Shown piece after piece: positions 50,692 to 53,311 of a stretch of DNA of 53,311 nt (position 1 is its first letter; each line of letters opens with the position of its first letter). The stretch spans positions 1 to 53,311 of the forward strand of contig JAFGWF010000099.1 of the NCBI GenBank assembly GCA_016937295.1. The letters run 5' to 3'. The translations under genes were made by a program, and so were the position numbers. The stretch is from Bacteroidales bacterium. Lineage in GTDB: Bacteria > Bacteroidota > Bacteroidia > Bacteroidales > UBA1556. The notes under the pieces were generated by a model. That model saw only the letters and a list, made by a program, of their open reading frames with translations, did not search any database and had not been told where the DNA came from.

Positions 50692-50735
50692 AATGATATT
50701 ATTTAATCAATTGTAATAACAACAATTATAATATT

Positions 50736-51227
50736 ATGAAAGAAATAGAAATTAAATACAATAGTCAAAGGTTCTGGATAAAGGAATATTTTATCGAACT
50801 TTTAAGTCAGTATATTTGTGAAACTTTTGAAGAAATTGGTCTTTCAAGTTTTAATACTATATTAACAGGTATTTACGATGACTGTGACATGAACAGAAGC
50901 GGGGAAGCTTGTCAAAGTGTTAATATTTTATTAGATGATATTGTTAATACATCTGATAAGATTACAATGATAAGTGTATTGCAACAATCCAAAATTCGAG
51001 TTCTTTCTTTAGGGAATGAATTAAGTGTTTTCACGTTAAATGAATTTGAAAATAATAAGACAGATGATTCTTTTAAGCATCCATGGGAAATAGCTGTAAA
51101 AACACAAAGTCTTGCTGCTACAATTGACTTTATAATTGATCTGCTTAATGGGACATTTCAGTATCATAATAGAATGATTCATTACATAAATTTCCCTAAT
51201 CCTAACAATGCTTACATAATGGTTTAA
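50736..51227 (+). CDS. hypothetical small cytoplasmic protein, family B copy 1 (immunity-protein-like)
   Basis: 163 aa with no signal peptide. It aligns without gaps to 51255..51746, with 105/163 identical positions by hand count. Confidence 0.6.
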   Translation: MKEIEIKYNSQRFWIKEYFIELLSQYICETFEEIGLSSFNTILTGIYDDCDMNRSGEACQSVNILLDDIVNTSDKITMISVLQQSKIRVLSLGNELSVFTLNEFENNKTDDSFKHPWEIAVKTQSLAATIDFIIDLLNGTFQYHNRMIHYINFPNPNNAYIMV

Positions 51228-51254
51228 TAAGATAAATCTTAAATCAATAATAAT

Positions 51255-51746
51255 ATGAGCCAAATAATAATTAAATACAATAGTCAATGTTTTTGGATAA
51301 ACGATCATTTTATTGAGCTTTTAAGTCAATATATATGCGAAACTTTTGAAGATATTGGGCTTTCAACTTTCAACTCAGCATTATCTAGGATCTATTTTGA
51401 CTGCGATTTTAATAGATCTGGTGAAGCAATTCAAATGGTTAGCATAAGATTAGATAATATAATCACTCAAAATGATAAAAACACATTAATAAACATTTTT
51501 CTACAGACAAAAACAAGAATACTTGCTTTAGGAACTGAACTAAGCATTTCTCAATTAAATGCATTTGAGAACAATAAAACTGATGATCTGTATAAATTAC
51601 CTTGGGATTTTCCTGTTAAAACACAAAGTTTAGCCACCACGCTAGATTATATTATAGACTTATTAAATGGCACCTTTCAATATAATAATTATGGTATCCA
51701 GTACATAAATTTCCCCAATAATAGTGGTGATTATTTAATGATTTGA
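51255..51746 (+). CDS. hypothetical small cytoplasmic protein, family B copy 2
   Basis: 163 aa and a paralog of the preceding gene. It starts 27 nt after that gene's stop. Confidence 0.6.
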   Translation: MSQIIIKYNSQCFWINDHFIELLSQYICETFEDIGLSTFNSALSRIYFDCDFNRSGEAIQMVSIRLDNIITQNDKNTLINIFLQTKTRILALGTELSISQLNAFENNKTDDLYKLPWDFPVKTQSLATTLDYIIDLLNGTFQYNNYGIQYINFPNNSGDYLMI

Positions 51747-51778
51747 AATAATATTAGACTGTCTTAAATTTATAATAT

Positions 51779-51867
51779 CCCCCGCTGCCGCACGAATCCT
51801 TTCGTGTGGCAATACTCCCAGCTGCCGCACGAAACCTTAGTTCGACAAAGCCAATCCTTTCGTGTGG
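51779..51867 (-). repeat. two REP elements in inverted orientation upstream of the RAYT gene (short form 51779-51809, long-loop form 51817-51867)
   Basis: The reverse complement of 51779-51809 is CCACACGAAAGGATTCGTGCGGCAGCGGGGG, one mismatch from the downstream REP core. The second copy keeps the outer stem CCACACGAAA/TTTCGTGCGG around a 23-nt insert. Confidence 0.85.
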
Positions 51868-51901
51868 CTATAAAAAAAAGAAAACCAATTAAAATATTTT
51901 T

Positions 51902-51909
51902 TACTTTTG
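51902..51909 (+). promoter_or_regulatory. candidate -7 box (TAnnTTTG) immediately upstream of the RAYT start
   Basis: TACTTTTG ends 4 nt before the ATG at 51914, which would imply a leaderless or near-leaderless transcript. Confidence 0.3.
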
Positions 51910-51913
51910 AATA

Positions 51914-52471
51914 ATGAGCCGAAATTATAAATTTCATAATCCTAAAGGAGTCTATTTTGTAAGTTTTGCAGTAATAGAATGGTTGGATGTGTTTACTAGA
52001 AATGAGTATAAAGAGATATTTTTAGATTCTTTGAGATTTAGCCAACAGAATAAGGGCATGGAAATATTTGCATGGTGTATTATGACAAACCACGTACATT
52101 TAGTATTTAGAAGTTGCAATGATATAAAACCAGAAACAATGTTAGGTGATATAAAGCGCTTTACAAGTCGAAAGATAGTTTCAGCGATAATTGAAAATCC
52201 AAAAGAAAGCAGAAAAGATTGGTTATTGCAGCAATTTAGAAAAGAAGCAGAAAAGTCGAGCAATGTAAATCATTATCAATTTTGGCGACATGATAATAAG
52301 CCTATTGAACTTTGGAGCAATAAGGTGATTTCTGAGAAAATCAAATATATTCATAATAATCCAGTTAAAGAAGGATTGGTATATAAACCTGAAGAATATA
52401 TTTATAGTAGTGCAAAAGATTATGCTGGAGAAAAAGGAGTTTTGGAAAATGTTATTTGTGTTGATATTTAG
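51914..52471 (+). CDS. REP-associated tyrosine transposase (RAYT; IS200/IS605-like Y1 HUH enzyme)
   Basis: 185 aa with an HUH motif (NHVHLVF) and a C-terminal catalytic-Tyr region (PEEYIYSSAKDY). It is flanked by inverted REP hairpins. Confidence 0.85.
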   Translation: MSRNYKFHNPKGVYFVSFAVIEWLDVFTRNEYKEIFLDSLRFSQQNKGMEIFAWCIMTNHVHLVFRSCNDIKPETMLGDIKRFTSRKIVSAIIENPKESRKDWLLQQFRKEAEKSSNVNHYQFWRHDNKPIELWSNKVISEKIKYIHNNPVKEGLVYKPEEYIYSSAKDYAGEKGVLENVICVDI

Positions 52472-52563
52472 TTTTAATGAAACCACACGAAAGGATTCGT
52501 GCGGTAGCGGGGTTGATATTTAGTTTTATTGAAACCACACGAAAGGATTCGTGCGGTAGCGGA
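52460..52563 (+). repeat. two tandem 52-bp REP units
   Basis: The unit is GTTGATATTTAGTTTTAWTGAAACCACACGAAAGGATTCGTGCGGTAGCGGR. The two copies differ at 2/52 positions. The core hairpin is CCACACGAA-AGGA-TTCGTGCGG with a fixed A.C mismatch. The RAYT stop codon (52469-52471) lies inside unit 1. Confidence 0.9.
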
Positions 52564-52608
52564 GCAATTTTATAATTAGGAATTAATATATTATTTAAAT
52601 AAATATTT

Positions 52609-52965
52609 ATGAGCGTTATAGAAAATTATAAAGTAAGATTTTATATTTCTGATCTTGTTGGCGCAGCCATTAAGACTAACAATGGACTTTTAAGTTCGTT
52701 TATTTGGGAATATTGTGATTCAGACGAAGCAATCGATTTATTGGATGCAATAAATGATGTGTTAAATGGAAGCCTAACTATTGCTGATGGTGTAACTCAA
52801 GGCTTAATATTTGTAAAGATTTTAGCAAATACTACGAGTCTTTACAAAAATGCCGATGCATATTTTGAAGATGAAACGATTGCTCCTGATTATACAATTC
52901 CCACTACAGATTTAAAAGAAATTGTGGAAGCATGGTTAGATTATCTTAGTAGGGTATATGAATAA
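52609..52965 (+). CDS. hypothetical small acidic cytoplasmic protein (immunity-protein-like), gene C
   Basis: 118 aa with no signal peptide and no recognised family. It is bracketed by double-REP direct repeats. Confidence 0.55.
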   Translation: MSVIENYKVRFYISDLVGAAIKTNNGLLSSFIWEYCDSDEAIDLLDAINDVLNGSLTIADGVTQGLIFVKILANTTSLYKNADAYFEDETIAPDYTIPTTDLKEIVEAWLDYLSRVYE

Positions 52966-53003
52966 AAGGATAGGTTTAAGATATTTTATCATGCTGAATT
53001 TGA

Positions 53004-53115
53004 GTTATTTGTGTTTATAATTAGTTTTATTGAAACCACACGAAAAGGATTCGTGCGGTAGCAGAGAGATTTAGTTTTATTAAAACCACACGAAAGGATT
53101 CGTGCGGTAGCGGGG
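53004..53115 (+). repeat. double REP preceded by a copy of the RAYT 3' tail (direct repeat of 52451-52563)
   Basis: GTTATTTGTGTTTATAATTAGTTTTATTGAAACCACACGAAAAGGATTCGTGCGGTAGCAGAGAGATTTAGTTTTATTAAAACCACACGAAAGGATTCGTGCGGTAGCGGGG aligns to 52451-52563 with about ten differences, including small indels. Confidence 0.85.
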
Positions 53116-53206
53116 TCTATTTTGTAAGTTTTGCAGTAATAGAACGGTTGGAGGTGTTTACTAGAAATGAGTACAAAGAAATATTTTTAGATTCTTTGAG
53201 ATTTAG
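53116..53206 (+). pseudogene. 91-bp fragment of a RAYT gene (equivalent to ORF nt 38-128)
   Basis: It matches 51951-52041 at 87/91 positions. It has no start codon and is bounded on both sides by REP units. Confidence 0.85.
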
Positions 53207-53293
53207 TTTTATTGAAACCACACGAAAGGATTCGTGCGGTAGCGGGGGGGAAAGGATTGGCTTCGCCGAACTAGCGTTTCGTGTGGTAGCGGG
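53198..53293 (+). repeat. REP unit (53198-53250) followed by a long-loop REP variant lacking its 5' stem arm (53250-53293)
   Basis: GAGATTTAGTTTTATTGAAACCACACGAAAGGATTCGTGCGGTAGCGGGGGGG is followed by GAAAGGATTGGCTTCGCCGAACTAGCGTTTCGTGTGGTAGCGGG. The latter is homologous to the reverse complement of 51817-51867. Confidence 0.8.
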
Positions 53294-53311
53294 CGGTGAG
53301 GAGAAATTCCC

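Larger units (their letters stand above)
51779..52563 (+). mobile_element. RAYT-REP unit (Y1 transposase gene bracketed by inverted REP doublets)
   Basis: Two REPs in - orientation (51779-51867) and two in + orientation (52460-52563) flank the single RAYT ORF. Confidence 0.75.

Noticed and set aside
52460-53293. The regularly spaced repeats of about 50 bp could be mistaken for a CRISPR array.
   Set aside because: The units abut each other directly, or are separated by a gene or a gene fragment rather than by unique 30-40 bp spacers. They are strongly palindromic and occur in both orientations around a Y1 transposase gene. No cas genes are present. They are REP elements.
46013-53311. The island as a prophage, ICE or conventional IS/transposon.
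   Set aside because: There are no phage structural, conjugation, integrase or DDE transposase genes. The only mobility-type gene is the single-domain Y1 RAYT. The repeats are hairpin REPs rather than terminal inverted repeats of an IS.

Overview
The window reads as a Bacteroidota chromosomal segment. Supporting signs are T9SS-type C-terminal sorting domains, CarboxypepD_reg-type TonB-dependent receptors, lipoprotein signal peptides and TAnnTTTG -7 boxes. All product calls rest on motif recognition from memory, because no database search was possible.

Bases 1-46012 are densely packed core and cell-envelope genes:
- A DUF2723-like protein tail, a radical SAM/SPASM protein and an AI-2E transporter.
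- Two GT87/DUF2029-like membrane proteins.
- The TPR-DUF4292-EnvC envelope operon, dut and a thioredoxin.
- Two tandem TPR/beta-propeller/OmpA paralogs.
- valS, a TonB protein, a hybrid histidine kinase and pgk.
- A PLD-nuclease / TonB-dependent receptor / lamin-tail-domain locus.
- tRNA-Ser(GGA), exbB-exbD-exbD, acpP-fabF-rnc, and a MarR-regulated receptor pair.

Bases 46013-53311 are an AT-richer accessory island that runs off the window end. It holds:
- An AbiEii/AbiEi toxin-antitoxin cassette bracketed by 76-bp direct repeats, each containing a 36-nt palindrome.
- A RhuM-Fic/Doc fusion gene.
- Two tandem pairs of uncharacterised paralogous genes (A1/A2 and B1/B2).
- A REP-associated Y1 (HUH) transposase (RAYT) flanked by inverted REP hairpin doublets.
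- One further small orphan gene flanked by about 113-bp double-REP direct repeats.
- A 91-bp RAYT gene fragment.

The most interesting signal is that every gene block in this island is delimited by hairpin repeats sharing a common 5' flank. This suggests a REP/RAYT-punctuated cassette array carrying TA, Abi and immunity-like cargo.

I saw no rRNA, CRISPR array, integrase or phage structural genes.
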